Source of the DNA: Escherichia phage AV117
Strand: one strand, 5' to 3'
Sequence record: OR352947.1
Length of the DNA: 64,000 nucleotides
In this document: in pieces, positions 8,828 through 18,458 of the stretch
Layout of the letters: every line of letters begins with the position of its first letter
How positions within the stretch are numbered: the stretch's first letter is position 1
Position numbers and translations under genes: made by a program
The notes under the pieces: generated by a model
Databases searched by the model: none
What the model was told of the DNA's origin: nothing
The model's input: the letters and a program-made list of their open reading frames with translations, nothing else

Positions 8828-9928
8828 TTACGCTGCGAAGATTTTATCCCACATCGCAACAACTGCATCTCGATTATACTTCTTCCATACTGCTTCAGCA
8901 CGTTTAACTCGAGCTTCGTATGTGTCAGTGAATTCTAATACAGCTTTTGTGTAAAGCGCAACTACTTCTTTCTTAGGAGTAGAGGAATCAATTTCTACAC
9001 GCACAGTATCTGGGTCGTATTCGAATGTCGCATGAGGATAATCCTTAAAAACTAACTGGATTACAGGGACACCTTTAGAGATAGCTTCAATAGAACTATT
9101 CTCTACTGTACCCGTGTCAGGACACGTATTAATAAGTGCTTTAGCTGTTTTAAGACGTTCCATGATTTCACTGTGTGGAGCATCAATAATAACAGGATAT
9201 TTAGCTGGTGGTGCCCATTTGCTTGGACAGTATCCTGCGCCATTTTCGCCTAGTGCTTTAATCGCTTCAAGAGCAACATCAGTACGACGCATTTTAGTGT
9301 CATAACGTTGTGCACTAATAATCAGATCAGTCGCCGGAAGAACTTCAGGTTTCTCATTCAAACAAATAACCGGATAATCTTCGGCTTCAAACAACGGATT
9401 TGCTCGCCAATAATCATAATCAATTTTGTCAGTCAGACCTGAAGTCATATAACAATATTTGCGTTCAAATTCACGGAAGGCTTTAGTAGGAGCATAACTC
9501 TTACCACCATTCTTATGAATTTGAATAGTCTGGTCCCAAATTTGAACAATGCCACGAGATACCGGTTCAAATGGTGTTGCCATAAAATTCTTATGAACTT
9601 TAGAGAGACCTGCGTCTTTAATTGCCTGAACGGTTAGTTTAGTCGGTTCCATAGTAACAACAAAATCGTATTCATGGATGCCGGCTAGTTCAACAATCTT
9701 ACGAGCCATAGTATAACTCATACCTAGACTGAATTTAGTCAGATGACCAACAGGATGGTGTGTAACTTTCCAGTCACCAAACGTGTCATTGTCAAAGCCG
9801 ATATAATCAATATCAGCACCGATGGACACAAGATATTTCAACACATTTAAATGTACTGCTTCAAGACCACCTTGTACACGGTCAGGATTAAATGGGACTG
9901 CACGAGATGGGATAAACATAACTTTCAT
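8828..9928 (-). CDS. putative GT-B fold glycosyltransferase, candidate hmC-DNA glycosyl(arabinosyl)transferase
   Basis: 366 aa; C-terminal TGTVENSSIEAISKGVPVI resembles the E-x7-E donor-binding motif of GT-B enzymes; lies between rIIA.1 and gene 39 where T4 has gene 60; no T4 agt/bgt homolog seen in the window. Confidence 0.5.
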   Translation of the reverse strand: MKVMFIPSRAVPFNPDRVQGGLEAVHLNVLKYLVSIGADIDYIGFDNDTFGDWKVTHHPVGHLTKFSLGMSYTMARKIVELAGIHEYDFVVTMEPTKLTVQAIKDAGLSKVHKNFMATPFEPVSRGIVQIWDQTIQIHKNGGKSYAPTKAFREFERKYCYMTSGLTDKIDYDYWRANPLFEAEDYPVICLNEKPEVLPATDLIISAQRYDTKMRRTDVALEAIKALGENGAGYCPSKWAPPAKYPVIIDAPHSEIMERLKTAKALINTCPDTGTVENSSIEAISKGVPVIQLVFKDYPHATFEYDPDTVRVEIDSSTPKKEVVALYTKAVLEFTDTYEARVKRAEAVWKKYNRDAVVAMWDKIFAA

Positions 9929-9953
9929 AATTAAGCCTTATTAAAATTAAAAT

Positions 9954-9971
9954 GAAGCTCCCGAAGGAGCT
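9954..9971 (-). terminator. intrinsic terminator (UUCG tetraloop) after gene 39
   Basis: aagctcc-cgaa-ggagctt abutting the gene 39 stop; minus RNA followed by CAUUUUAAUUUUAAU. Confidence 0.6.
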
Positions 9972-11788
9972 TAGGACATCCATTCTTTACGAAGTTCTGA
10001 ATCATCACCCAACAACATTTCAAAGAGTTCTTTCCAATTTTCAGGAAGTTTAACTACGTCGTACACAGGGTTTTGAATCATTTCACGATATTCTGACTTT
10101 TCAAGTGAGCCCAATCCCTTGATGTATCGAATACTATGCTTAGGCAGTGTATCTTTAGCTTCTTCATACTCAGCTACAGTATAAAACCATTTTTGAGTTT
10201 TGCCAATTTGTGCAATAATTACAGGCGTTTTAACAAAGCGAATACGTCCTTGTTCAAACAATTCAGGCCAATTACTAAAGAAAGCAAGCAAAGCCGGATA
10301 AATACTTCCAAGACCGTCATGATCGGCATCGGTCATAATTGCAATATTACGATAGTTCGTATTCTCTGCCTTTTCACCAAGAATAAGACCTGTGATAGCA
10401 CAGATATCAAAGAGCTCTTTGTTCTTCATCATATCAGCATATGACATACCCCAGCTATTCATCACCTTACCACGTAATGGGAATCCACCGTGTAGTTCAC
10501 GGTCACGAACATCAATGAGATAACCAATTGCCGAATCACCTTCTGTTAAAAACAATGTCGTATCCGCATCTTTACCGCATTGGTTAGCTTTAATATGCTT
10601 ATGAACCTTAGCTTTAGTTGCCTTTTTAGCTGCTTTAGTTTCTGCAGCCTTTTCTGCTGCCAATTTACGAGCTAATGCTGCTTCAACAATAGGCATAATC
10701 AAGGCTTCGTTTTTAAGAAGTGCCTGAGCAATTTTCTTAGCATCTAATTGGATATGATTACGAATATCACCATACGTTGACGTTAAACGTTCTTTAGTCT
10801 GAGAATCAAAACGCATGTTGCTCATGTCTCTAATAAACATCAACATTGTGAGACATTCTTTAACACGAGCTTTAGTGACTTCAATACCCTTATATTTCTT
10901 TTTAATACCCGGCAAAAGATGTTCGCAGATATCATCCATTACACATTCAACATGATGACCACCATTTTTAGTATGGATGTTATTCACATAAGTTAAATGA
11001 CGGAAGCCGTCTGGTGATGTTGTGAATGCTATAGAGACTTTATCATTTTCTTGAATGATGTTATCTTCACCAAATTGTTTAGCAAATCGTTTAAAATTAC
11101 CATCAACCTTTTTACCATTAAATGTGAACTTGATATCAGGATAAACGACTGCCAATGTTTGAAGCCGGTCTAAAGTAATATCTAAATAAATTTGAGATAA
11201 ATTATGTTCTTCAAATGAAGAGAAATCAGGAGTGAAGATTACTTTAGTGCCTTTACCTTTAGATTTCTTAGAAGACCATGATTTGTTTTCCATCCCGTTT
11301 GAACAGTTAACAGTGATTTCATTTTCGCCATCTGACGTTATGCCTGTAAACAACGTAGAGAAGATATTAGTTAAACTACTCCCGACGCCGTTCATACCAC
11401 CGGTCTTACGTTCAGAGTCATCGCCAAAGTTACCACCAGCCTTTGGAATAGTCCAGGCTGCTACAGGCCCAGGAATTTGTTCACCTGTTTGGTCGGTAAC
11501 TAAACCTTGAGGAATACCACGTCCGTTATCTTCCACCGAAACTTGATTATTTTTAATTTGCACATCAATTTTATTTGCAAACTTAAATGATGTACGAATA
11601 GCTTCATCAACCGAGTTGTCAATAATCTCATCGATTAATTTAACCAGACCAGGAACATATTCAACTTGTTGATATTTACCAAACAAAAAACGTTCGTGGG
11701 CTTCTTTGGCCGAAGAACCAATATACATGCCACTTCGTTTCTTAATATGTTCTACATCTGACAATACCTTAATTTCATTTTTAATCAT
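9971..11788 (-). CDS. 39: DNA topoisomerase II large subunit (GyrB-like), fused gp39+gp60 form
   Basis: 605 aa; GHKL ATPase motifs (DNGRGIP, GGxxGxG-like) and TOPRIM; length equals the fused 39+60 subunit of non-T4 T-evens. Confidence 0.93.
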   Translation of the reverse strand: MIKNEIKVLSDVEHIKKRSGMYIGSSAKEAHERFLFGKYQQVEYVPGLVKLIDEIIDNSVDEAIRTSFKFANKIDVQIKNNQVSVEDNGRGIPQGLVTDQTGEQIPGPVAAWTIPKAGGNFGDDSERKTGGMNGVGSSLTNIFSTLFTGITSDGENEITVNCSNGMENKSWSSKKSKGKGTKVIFTPDFSSFEEHNLSQIYLDITLDRLQTLAVVYPDIKFTFNGKKVDGNFKRFAKQFGEDNIIQENDKVSIAFTTSPDGFRHLTYVNNIHTKNGGHHVECVMDDICEHLLPGIKKKYKGIEVTKARVKECLTMLMFIRDMSNMRFDSQTKERLTSTYGDIRNHIQLDAKKIAQALLKNEALIMPIVEAALARKLAAEKAAETKAAKKATKAKVHKHIKANQCGKDADTTLFLTEGDSAIGYLIDVRDRELHGGFPLRGKVMNSWGMSYADMMKNKELFDICAITGLILGEKAENTNYRNIAIMTDADHDGLGSIYPALLAFFSNWPELFEQGRIRFVKTPVIIAQIGKTQKWFYTVAEYEEAKDTLPKHSIRYIKGLGSLEKSEYREMIQNPVYDVVKLPENWKELFEMLLGDDSELRKEWMS

Positions 11789-11837
11789 GTTGTCTCCTCG
11801 TTATGAAGGTATTCTATCATCCTAAATCTAAAGCAAA

Positions 11838-11853
11838 AAGGGCCGAAGCCCTT
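11838..11853 (-). terminator. UUCG-tetraloop hairpin plus U-run
   Basis: aagggc-cgaa-gccctt; minus RNA followed by UUUUUGCUUU. Confidence 0.55.
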
Positions 11854-12277
11854 ATTTAAATTTAATTTTCTGAAGTGCATCAATTGCAGCCAAACGCCCT
11901 TGTTCACTTTTAACTGTAATAACCACATCACCTGATACGATCACCGAACCATCAACAAATTCTACAGAGCCTTTTTTGAAATCGACAGCTGTATCTGGTT
12001 CCGGAACTTCTTCAAAGAATTTAAATTCTGCACCATAAAGCAGAATATCACCTTGCATACTATGAATAGTTCGGCCATAATCGCCTACGGCTTCTACGGC
12101 AATAACCGAAACGCCGTAACCAATCATCTCTTCCACAATAAAATCTTTGGACAATAAAGTAGTATGCAGATTAGTATTAAGACGTTTACCAGTCGTATTA
12201 AGAATTCTCAAGAAATTATCTTCTTGACCTTTGATAATACGATATTTCTTACCAACTTCAAAACCTTTAAAAGCCAT
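11852..12277 (-). CDS. hypothetical protein (141 aa; goF-position)
   Basis: ORF downstream of the zinc-ribbon ORF; size and position like T4 goF but sequence not verified. Confidence 0.45.
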   Translation of the reverse strand: MAFKGFEVGKKYRIIKGQEDNFLRILNTTGKRLNTNLHTTLLSKDFIVEEMIGYGVSVIAVEAVGDYGRTIHSMQGDILLYGAEFKFFEEVPEPDTAVDFKKGSVEFVDGSVIVSGDVVITVKSEQGRLAAIDALQKIKFK

Positions 12278-12279
12278 AA

Positions 12280-12459
12280 TTAACCCTTCTTAAGTAAGTC
12301 GTAAAAGCCGCCGTTCACATGTTTAGGAGCAGAAACCCGGCGAGTAGACAGACGATGACATTCAGGGCAAACATCGTTTTCTCGTTCAGAAATCCTTTTA
12401 ATTTTTTCATATTCATGGCCACAATCTTCAGATTGACATTTATAGTCGTATAACGGCAT
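12280..12459 (-). CDS. small zinc-ribbon protein (about 59 aa)
   Basis: MPLYDYKCQSEDCGHEYE...CPECH: two CxxC pairs, FmdB-like arrangement; below track cutoff; approximate. Confidence 0.4.
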   Translation of the reverse strand: MPLYDYKCQSEDCGHEYEKIKRISERENDVCPECHRLSTRRVSAPKHVNGGFYDLLKKG

Positions 12460-12461
12460 TA

Positions 12462-12890
12462 TTATTCCTTAAAATGTGCTTTCAACATTTGATACAAAGA
12501 CCATGCCTGGTCGTTATTTTCGATAGTAATCGTCATCACCGGAAATTCAGACAATTCGTCAAGTTCACCAGAATCTTGCTCTTCGGACGCTTGATATGGA
12601 TTTTCAACTTCGTCAAAGAACTCTGCTTCATTCGTGGAGAGCCAGATAAAGTTTTCATCAAGGATATCACCGCCTGTTGCGTATCCAACCGTGCCAGTAG
12701 ATGTCACAATTTTAGTAGGACGTCCGAGATGGTCAACATCTAAAATTTTAAATGGCTCCATGCCAAGACGTCGTGCATAAATCCCATTATCAGTGTGGTT
12801 TTTAATAAACTCTTCTTGGGCACGTTTATCTTTAAATTGGTACCATGAGTTAACGCGGAATTTATTAGCCATTAGTAAGTTTCCTTCCAA
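12462..12890 (-). CDS. hypothetical protein (142 aa)
   Basis: ORF, acidic C-terminal half. Confidence 0.5.
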   Translation of the reverse strand: MEGNLLMANKFRVNSWYQFKDKRAQEEFIKNHTDNGIYARRLGMEPFKILDVDHLGRPTKIVTSTGTVGYATGGDILDENFIWLSTNEAEFFDEVENPYQASEEQDSGELDELSEFPVMTITIENNDQAWSLYQMLKAHFKE

Positions 12891-13144
12891 TAAGTTGTAC
12901 CATTTTCAGTGATTTCACGGAAGATGCCATAGATAGGCATTTCGTCACCGAGTTTTTCGTAAACGTAAACCACTTCGGTGTAGCATAAAAATTCGGTCCA
13001 GTTTTTCTGTACAACAACTAAATCAGGATTAAACAGAACATCTTCAAACTCATCGATGTTTGAATCAGTAGTTACGTTTTTAATGATTTGACGTTTCATA
13101 ATATTCTCCTCTTGTTTTGATAGGTCTATAGTATCATAGACCAT
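12872..13144 (-). CDS. hypothetical protein (real start probably internal at about 13099)
   Basis: the track start lies upstream of the promoter TSS; internal MKRQ start has a GAGGAG RBS. Confidence 0.45.
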   Translation of the reverse strand: MVYDTIDLSKQEENIMKRQIIKNVTTDSNIDEFEDVLFNPDLVVVQKNWTEFLCYTEVVYVYEKLGDEMPIYGIFREITENGTTYWKETY

Positions 13145-13156
13145 AGTTGTTGTACA
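13119..13156 (-). promoter_or_regulatory. early promoter within the palindrome GGTCTAT...ATAGACC
   Basis: TGTACA-N17-TACTAT-AGACCTATC on the minus strand. Confidence 0.5.
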
Positions 13157-13681
13157 TCATTTTAGCAAAATAAAATCAACTTGTTCTGACAATGAACGTC
13201 TAAACATTAATTGACAACTTCCGAGGATGAAATCAGGTGCTTCATAGACCGCGATGTAGTATCCTTTAGCTTTCAAGAGTTCAACATCCACCTGGTCATC
13301 AAACCATGCATAAACCGCGTCAACACTTTCAAATCCAAAATATAACCCTTTAGCCCAATCTTCACTCAATTCAAATGAGTGGTCAATTCTATAGTATCTT
13401 AAGATATTTTGTTCAAGGAGTTTGTCTTCATTTACTGTAGGACGATTAGGGACATTATAGTTGTCGCCGTGATGGTAGAAGTTACCTGAGAGTATTCCAT
13501 GCTTATCAAGGAACTCCCATGTTTCTTCAGAGTTGTCGGTGCCCGACCAACCGTATGGCGAACGAGGTTCTTTATTCCAAGAGGTTTCCCAAATTCTGAC
13601 GGCTTTACCATCTTCGATAGCAATTCCTGGTAATGATTCACGTTGAGTACAAAAACTACGTTCTACGCGGTAAACTAACAT
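13157..13681 (-). CDS. hypothetical protein (174 aa)
   Basis: ORF with upstream promoter. Confidence 0.5.
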   Translation of the reverse strand: MLVYRVERSFCTQRESLPGIAIEDGKAVRIWETSWNKEPRSPYGWSGTDNSEETWEFLDKHGILSGNFYHHGDNYNVPNRPTVNEDKLLEQNILRYYRIDHSFELSEDWAKGLYFGFESVDAVYAWFDDQVDVELLKAKGYYIAVYEAPDFILGSCQLMFRRSLSEQVDFILLK

Positions 13682-13699
13682 ATTATTCTCCTCTGGTTG

Positions 13700-13736
13700 A
13701 TATGGTTATAATATCAAAACCAGAGGAGAAGTAAAC
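13700..13736 (-). promoter_or_regulatory. early promoter with -10 element in the loop of the 9-bp inverted repeat CCTCTGGTT/AACCAGAGG
   Basis: GTTTAC-N17-TATTAT on the minus strand; the inverted repeat also contains the GAGGAG RBS. Confidence 0.55.
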
Positions 13737-13740
13737 AACT

Positions 13741-14160
13741 TTATGCAAAAGATGCTGGACAATATTTTTTGATTTGGAACTCAGGAACTACCATGAACTG
13801 TCCAGCGAAAACGATGTTATAAAGCTTAACACCATCTTCTACCCATTGGTCCGAAATAAAACCAGCAACTTGATTCGTTGTCCATGGAGACCCGTCAGTT
13901 GCAGAAGCAATAGTAAATTCATGGTCTTTTACAACTAAAACAGACCTGCACAGTTTCCATTTGAACGCACGTTCTTCTGGTTCAATGAATTGGCTTTTAA
14001 CATAACCAATGTTACCATCGGCGTCACGAACTTTAACTTCGTTACGTCCAAAAACCGGATCACTCACGTAAAGAACTTCAACCAACTTCCCGGCAACTTT
14101 AGAGCGAGAAGCAACAGATACATATACGTAATCACCTGTAGAGAGATTTACAATATTCAT
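13741..14160 (-). CDS. hypothetical protein, paralog family member A
   Basis: shares ASRSKVAGKLVEV and C-terminal DQWVEDG.KLYNIVF.G.F.VV with the next two ORFs. Confidence 0.55.
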   Translation of the reverse strand: MNIVNLSTGDYVYVSVASRSKVAGKLVEVLYVSDPVFGRNEVKVRDADGNIGYVKSQFIEPEERAFKWKLCRSVLVVKDHEFTIASATDGSPWTTNQVAGFISDQWVEDGVKLYNIVFAGQFMVVPEFQIKKYCPASFA

Positions 14161-14169
14161 AATAATTCC

Positions 14170-14688
14170 TTAAGCTTTAAGAGGAGACACATAGCGAGTG
14201 ATTTCAGATTCTTTAACAACTCGGAAGTCACCTAAGAATACGATATTGTATAGCTTTTCACCATCTTCAACCCATTGGTCGCTAATGAAGCCACACATGA
14301 TATCAGTTGTGCTTGGATAACCGTATTCGTCGATGTAATCAAATTCTTTATCGGTTATAAATTCAACGCCTTTGCAAAGAGCCCATTTGAACTGTACATT
14401 AGGTTCAGTAGAAGCAAAATGAGCGCTCACACGAGTTTCCAGGAATTTAGGACTTACGTAAGCGTACTGAGTATCCTGACGTCCAAAACTAGGAATGATT
14501 CGAACTTTAACTTCTTTAATGCGTCCCATGCCATTTGTGCGAAGTCCGACAACTTCAACCAGACGACCTGCGGCTTTAGACCGGGATGCAGTTGATACAC
14601 GCTTAATTTCACCAATAGTAATCATAATTTCTCTCTCTTTGTTTAAATTGAATTCACTATACTCCATCCATCCTTGGATGTACAACAT
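14170..14688 (-). CDS. hypothetical protein, paralog family member B (start probably internal MITIGEIK)
   Basis: ASRSKAAGRLVEV and DQWVEDGEKLYNIVFLGDF motifs; the track start overlaps the promoter. Confidence 0.55.
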   Translation of the reverse strand: MLYIQGWMEYSEFNLNKEREIMITIGEIKRVSTASRSKAAGRLVEVVGLRTNGMGRIKEVKVRIIPSFGRQDTQYAYVSPKFLETRVSAHFASTEPNVQFKWALCKGVEFITDKEFDYIDEYGYPSTTDIMCGFISDQWVEDGEKLYNIVFLGDFRVVKESEITRYVSPLKA

Positions 14689-15224
14689 TAATTAAGGATA
14701 TTAACTACTGCACTACGTGGAACCACACTAAAATCACCGGCATGAACAACGTTCAGAAGTTCAACACCGTCTTCAATCCATTGGTCAGTTACCCATCCAT
14801 TTACTGGACCATCGAATGGGCGTCGAATTGAAACATATTTACACAATAAATCAGTAGGCTCAATAGGCTTAATCAGAGTACCGTACATACAAACGATATC
14901 CATATCAAAGTGGAGACCATCTTTAACAGGTGCTTCTTCAATCAAGAGTTCAAAGTCGGTGCTTGGAAGGGCGGTAGTAGAAATTGTACCGTATAAATTT
15001 TTAATTTCTAAGAATAACCAAGGGCCTTCAACTTGTTTAATGAAGTTAACAATAGTGAAACTATTACCTTGAGTGGCGCCTAAAATTTCACAAAACTTTT
15101 CGTAAGCTCGCACTGAAGCACCGTACCAATTGATTTGTTTTTCGTCTTTCAGGATGTAAGTAGCCGTAGTATTGATATTCATAATGTTTTCCCGTTTGGT
15201 TAAGATAGAAAGATTATACTCCAA
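14688..15224 (-). CDS. hypothetical protein, paralog family member C (start probably internal)
   Basis: C-terminal TDQWIEDGVELLNVVHAGDFSVV; more diverged N-terminus. Confidence 0.5.
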   Translation of the reverse strand: MEYNLSILTKRENIMNINTTATYILKDEKQINWYGASVRAYEKFCEILGATQGNSFTIVNFIKQVEGPWLFLEIKNLYGTISTTALPSTDFELLIEEAPVKDGLHFDMDIVCMYGTLIKPIEPTDLLCKYVSIRRPFDGPVNGWVTDQWIEDGVELLNVVHAGDFSVVPRSAVVNILN

Positions 15225-15242
15225 CCGTCCTTGGTTGTAAAC
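15205..15242 (-). promoter_or_regulatory. early promoter; repeat family TATACTCCAACCxTCCTTGGTTGTAAAC
   Basis: GTTTAC-N18-TATAAT; near-identical copy at 57055-57094 and a third variant at 58045-58086. Confidence 0.5.
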
Positions 15243-15246
15243 TGTT

Positions 15247-15939
15247 TTATCGCTGTTTTACACTTAACGGGTCAGGATTCTCAGGGACATCTTCAAGGCC
15301 AAGCGCATAACGCTGAGCATATTTTAACATCAAAATATCTTTAGCACAATCATGAATACTATCATGGGCAACGAATCCTTTTAGCGTACCCATCGGTAAT
15401 GGACACATACTTAATCCTCGTGTCAACGAGTAAGCTTCGATTGCCGTACGAATATCGCGTTGAGCCCAGAATTTAACCGGTTCTAATTTATCAGTATCAA
15501 TATCCGGTTCAAGAACACCTTCATCACGATAGAGGTCACGAATCAAATCGACCAAGATCGGGAAGTCAAAGCTCATACCACGGCACCACATCTGTGATTT
15601 CCATTGGTCAACTTTATTAGCTCGGCAATAGTCTAAAAAGATTTTAATGCCTTCAAGCGTAGTGACATCGTCTTCAGACGGAGCCAAGTTTTTACGTGCT
15701 TCAGCCGATTGTTCTTTCCACCATTTCATAGTGGATTTAGCAAAAACTCGCTTCCCTTTCTGAGAAGCCAAATTAAATTTAATTCGCTTACCTCGTTGAA
15801 CAAGTTCTTCAAATGATTCAACAACTTCAGGGTCGGAATTATATGCAATAACCGCAAGGTCAATAACAGCCGCTTTTGATGTATTGCCGAATGTTTCAAA
15901 ATCTATAATAACATCAGTGCTCATAATTTTCTCTCTCAA
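15247..15939 (-). CDS. dexA: exonuclease A (DexA, DnaQ-like 3'-5' exonuclease)
   Basis: 230 aa; N-terminal VIIDFETFG exo I motif; map position upstream of dda as in T4. Confidence 0.8.
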   Translation of the reverse strand: MREKIMSTDVIIDFETFGNTSKAAVIDLAVIAYNSDPEVVESFEELVQRGKRIKFNLASQKGKRVFAKSTMKWWKEQSAEARKNLAPSEDDVTTLEGIKIFLDYCRANKVDQWKSQMWCRGMSFDFPILVDLIRDLYRDEGVLEPDIDTDKLEPVKFWAQRDIRTAIEAYSLTRGLSMCPLPMGTLKGFVAHDSIHDCAKDILMLKYAQRYALGLEDVPENPDPLSVKQR

Positions 15940-17249
15940 ATAAAATGGACGTCAAACCGACCACGAGTTGTGCCGACATACAATAACTGTTTAGCTAATT
16001 CTGAATCGGCATAATGGATACACGGTGTATAAACAAAGGCCGTGTCAACAGACATACCCTGGGCCTTATGGAAGGTTGATACTGGTAGTGCCTTCACCTT
16101 AGTGAACATACGTTTAGCATCCCAGAATTCGCTCCATGGAGCTTTACCACCTTTATTCCAAAATTTGTATGTTTCTGCGGTCTTAGCCAAAAACAAATTG
16201 AATTTATAAAGCTCTTCTTCAGAAGAAATAACCTTTATATCTTCGCGGATGTATTCTTCATCATCCCCATATGTTTCTACTGTAAGATTCCAGTATCGTA
16301 TCATATATTCGCCTGAAACACCACGTGCTTTAACGAATGTAGACGTTTCTACAGCATCTCGAATACGAACGAATTGGCCGTTATTGAAAAGCATTTCGGT
16401 CATATTTTTACCATCTAGCTTATATGTCTTAGTAAATGGCTCCTGTAGAACAATGACTTCGTCTTTAATAAATGGTTTTTCTGTTTCAAGAAGTTTTCGG
16501 CGAATAATTGAATTTAGCTTGTCCACCGACTTATTTGTGAATGCCATCATTCGATTTTCGAAAAGGTCTTCAGGAGTTTTAACGACGTTAAAATAGTTCA
16601 TCATATACGATTTAAGGTCTGTATATCCATGAACACCGTGCCCATCAACTACTTTATCGTAAATCCATTTGCCGTTACGAATATCAGTCGCAACATCAAT
16701 AATTGGTGCATTGCTACGTTTAACTTCCGTAAGGTTGCATTGCACGAAGTCTTTGTGAGTGAAGAAAGGACTTAGATACGCAGTTGATTCGCCTGGGTCT
16801 ACCGGACGAATCTGGCATCGGTCGCCGATGCCAATTACTGTACACCATTTAGGGATACTAGCTAACATTATTTTAAACAGAGAACGGTCGCACATTGACG
16901 CTTCATCAAATAACAGTACACGGCACAAGGCTAAGTCGGGGACCTTTTTCTGTTCAAACAATACGTTTTCTTCGTATGTAGTTGGGTTGATTTTAAGAAT
17001 GCTATGAATAGTCGATGCTTCTTGACCTGCAAGTTTGCTTAGAACCTTTTTAGCGGCATGTGTAGGGGCTGCTAAAATAATACCTGATTCTCCAGAAGAA
17101 ATAAGGGCTTCAACGATGAATCTAGTAAGGGTTGTTTTACCTGTACCAGCAGGCCCATTAATAGTTACATGATGTTTCTTTTCTTTAATAGCGTTCATAA
17201 CAACGTTGAAGGCGTTTTTCTGGCCTTCAGTCAAATCATCAAATGTCAT
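15936..17249 (-). CDS. dda: Dda DNA helicase (SF1)
   Basis: 437 aa; Walker A GPAGTGKTT, SF1 motifs; length and N-terminus MTFDDLTEGQKNAF as recalled for T4 Dda. Confidence 0.92.
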   Translation of the reverse strand: MTFDDLTEGQKNAFNVVMNAIKEKKHHVTINGPAGTGKTTLTRFIVEALISSGESGIILAAPTHAAKKVLSKLAGQEASTIHSILKINPTTYEENVLFEQKKVPDLALCRVLLFDEASMCDRSLFKIMLASIPKWCTVIGIGDRCQIRPVDPGESTAYLSPFFTHKDFVQCNLTEVKRSNAPIIDVATDIRNGKWIYDKVVDGHGVHGYTDLKSYMMNYFNVVKTPEDLFENRMMAFTNKSVDKLNSIIRRKLLETEKPFIKDEVIVLQEPFTKTYKLDGKNMTEMLFNNGQFVRIRDAVETSTFVKARGVSGEYMIRYWNLTVETYGDDEEYIREDIKVISSEEELYKFNLFLAKTAETYKFWNKGGKAPWSEFWDAKRMFTKVKALPVSTFHKAQGMSVDTAFVYTPCIHYADSELAKQLLYVGTTRGRFDVHFI

Positions 17250-17557
17250 CGTAAAGTCCCTGCAATTGGAATACTAACAATACGGCCTGTGTCCAGGATT
17301 CGTTGATACAATTTTTGCGTCTCCGCATCTAGTTTAATGTGTTTCATTTCAAGCTTATTAAACCAGAACTTACGCGGAGTTTCGACCATTCTTAGAACTC
17401 CCATTTTTAAATCTGTTTTATACTGTGTTTTCAAAGTATCAAAAACTTTATCTGCAATATCCTTTCTAAAAAATACTGCAGGACGATGCTCATCAAGTGG
17501 AACCGGGACAGTAAATCCTTCCATATCTCGATAAACTATTGCATATACATAAACCAT
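17246..17557 (-). CDS. hypothetical protein (dda.1 position)
   Basis: 103 aa ORF. Confidence 0.45.
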   Translation of the reverse strand: MVYVYAIVYRDMEGFTVPVPLDEHRPAVFFRKDIADKVFDTLKTQYKTDLKMGVLRMVETPRKFWFNKLEMKHIKLDAETQKLYQRILDTGRIVSIPIAGTLR

Positions 17558-17559
17558 AA

Positions 17560-18306
17560 TTAACCTTTAATCAGTTGGAATAATGATGCGCTAAGTGGTA
17601 AGCCACGTTTCAATTTTAATTTACCAATGAAACCAATCTTTTCAAAACGTTGCAGACCTTGGATAACTTTATCATATGTATCGAAAAGCGATTCAGCGTC
17701 AGTTAATTTAGTTTTAGTTTTCCAGTCAGAGCCTTTAAGAAGAACGTTGAGTTTAGTAAGTTCATGGCCTTCTGCTTGATGTGAGCCATTAATGCGTGCT
17801 TTCAAAGCAACAATTCTAAGTTTAGATTCGTTAGATAAAGGTTGATTTTTCATCATGTTCGCCATATGCTTAACACGATTTTCACGTTTTGCTCGGATTT
17901 TTAAAATAGTACCATAAACCTTTTTAATTTGGGCCCATTTCTTCTCGTCGAGATTAAGTTTCTCTACTTTACGGGCAGAAGGATTAGCGATACGTCTTGC
18001 AATGGCATCACGTTTCTCAATAAGTTCTTCTAATGTTAAATCAGAACGAGCCGTGTTATATTTTTTCTTAACTGGGATAACATTACCTTTAATGTAGCCG
18101 ATATCGTTATTAAAACGTTCTAAGGATAATTTCTCACCTTCAACAGAGTTATTGAAAGATTCACCTGAGTAAGCGCAGACCTTTTGATCAAGAATGTTTT
18201 TAAGGTAATTAAAATCTAAGTTAAAATCCTTAGAGCGTCTCTTCGCAGAAGCTCTGGTGTGGTCAAGACGACGATTGATTTTGTTAATTTTATTATTTGA
18301 TAACAT
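17560..18306 (-). CDS. hypothetical basic protein (srd map position)
   Basis: 248 aa, Lys/Arg-rich; positional equivalent of T4 srd, sequence identity not verified. Confidence 0.45.
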   Translation of the reverse strand: MLSNNKINKINRRLDHTRASAKRRSKDFNLDFNYLKNILDQKVCAYSGESFNNSVEGEKLSLERFNNDIGYIKGNVIPVKKKYNTARSDLTLEELIEKRDAIARRIANPSARKVEKLNLDEKKWAQIKKVYGTILKIRAKRENRVKHMANMMKNQPLSNESKLRIVALKARINGSHQAEGHELTKLNVLLKGSDWKTKTKLTDAESLFDTYDKVIQGLQRFEKIGFIGKLKLKRGLPLSASLFQLIKG

Positions 18307-18346
18307 AATATTTTCCTCTGTCTTACGGACGTTAGGTCATTTAGCT

Positions 18347-18384
18347 GATAGGTCTATAATATCATGCCCTCAGGTAGTGTACAC
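18347..18384 (-). promoter_or_regulatory. early promoter
   Basis: GTGTAC-N17-TATTAT-AGACCTATC. Confidence 0.5.
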
Positions 18385-18458
18385 TCTTTTTTCGTAAAAT
18401 GCTTTAATTTTTTATGTGTTATAATGGTTCTGAGTTCCATCTGGTTATTCCAATCCAG

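Noticed and set aside
17560-18306. HNH-like pattern (NNDIGYIKGNV) in the 248-aa protein, suggesting a homing endonuclease
   Set aside because: No paired Cys/His metal site or conserved HNH histidine context could be identified. Kept as a positional srd equivalent.
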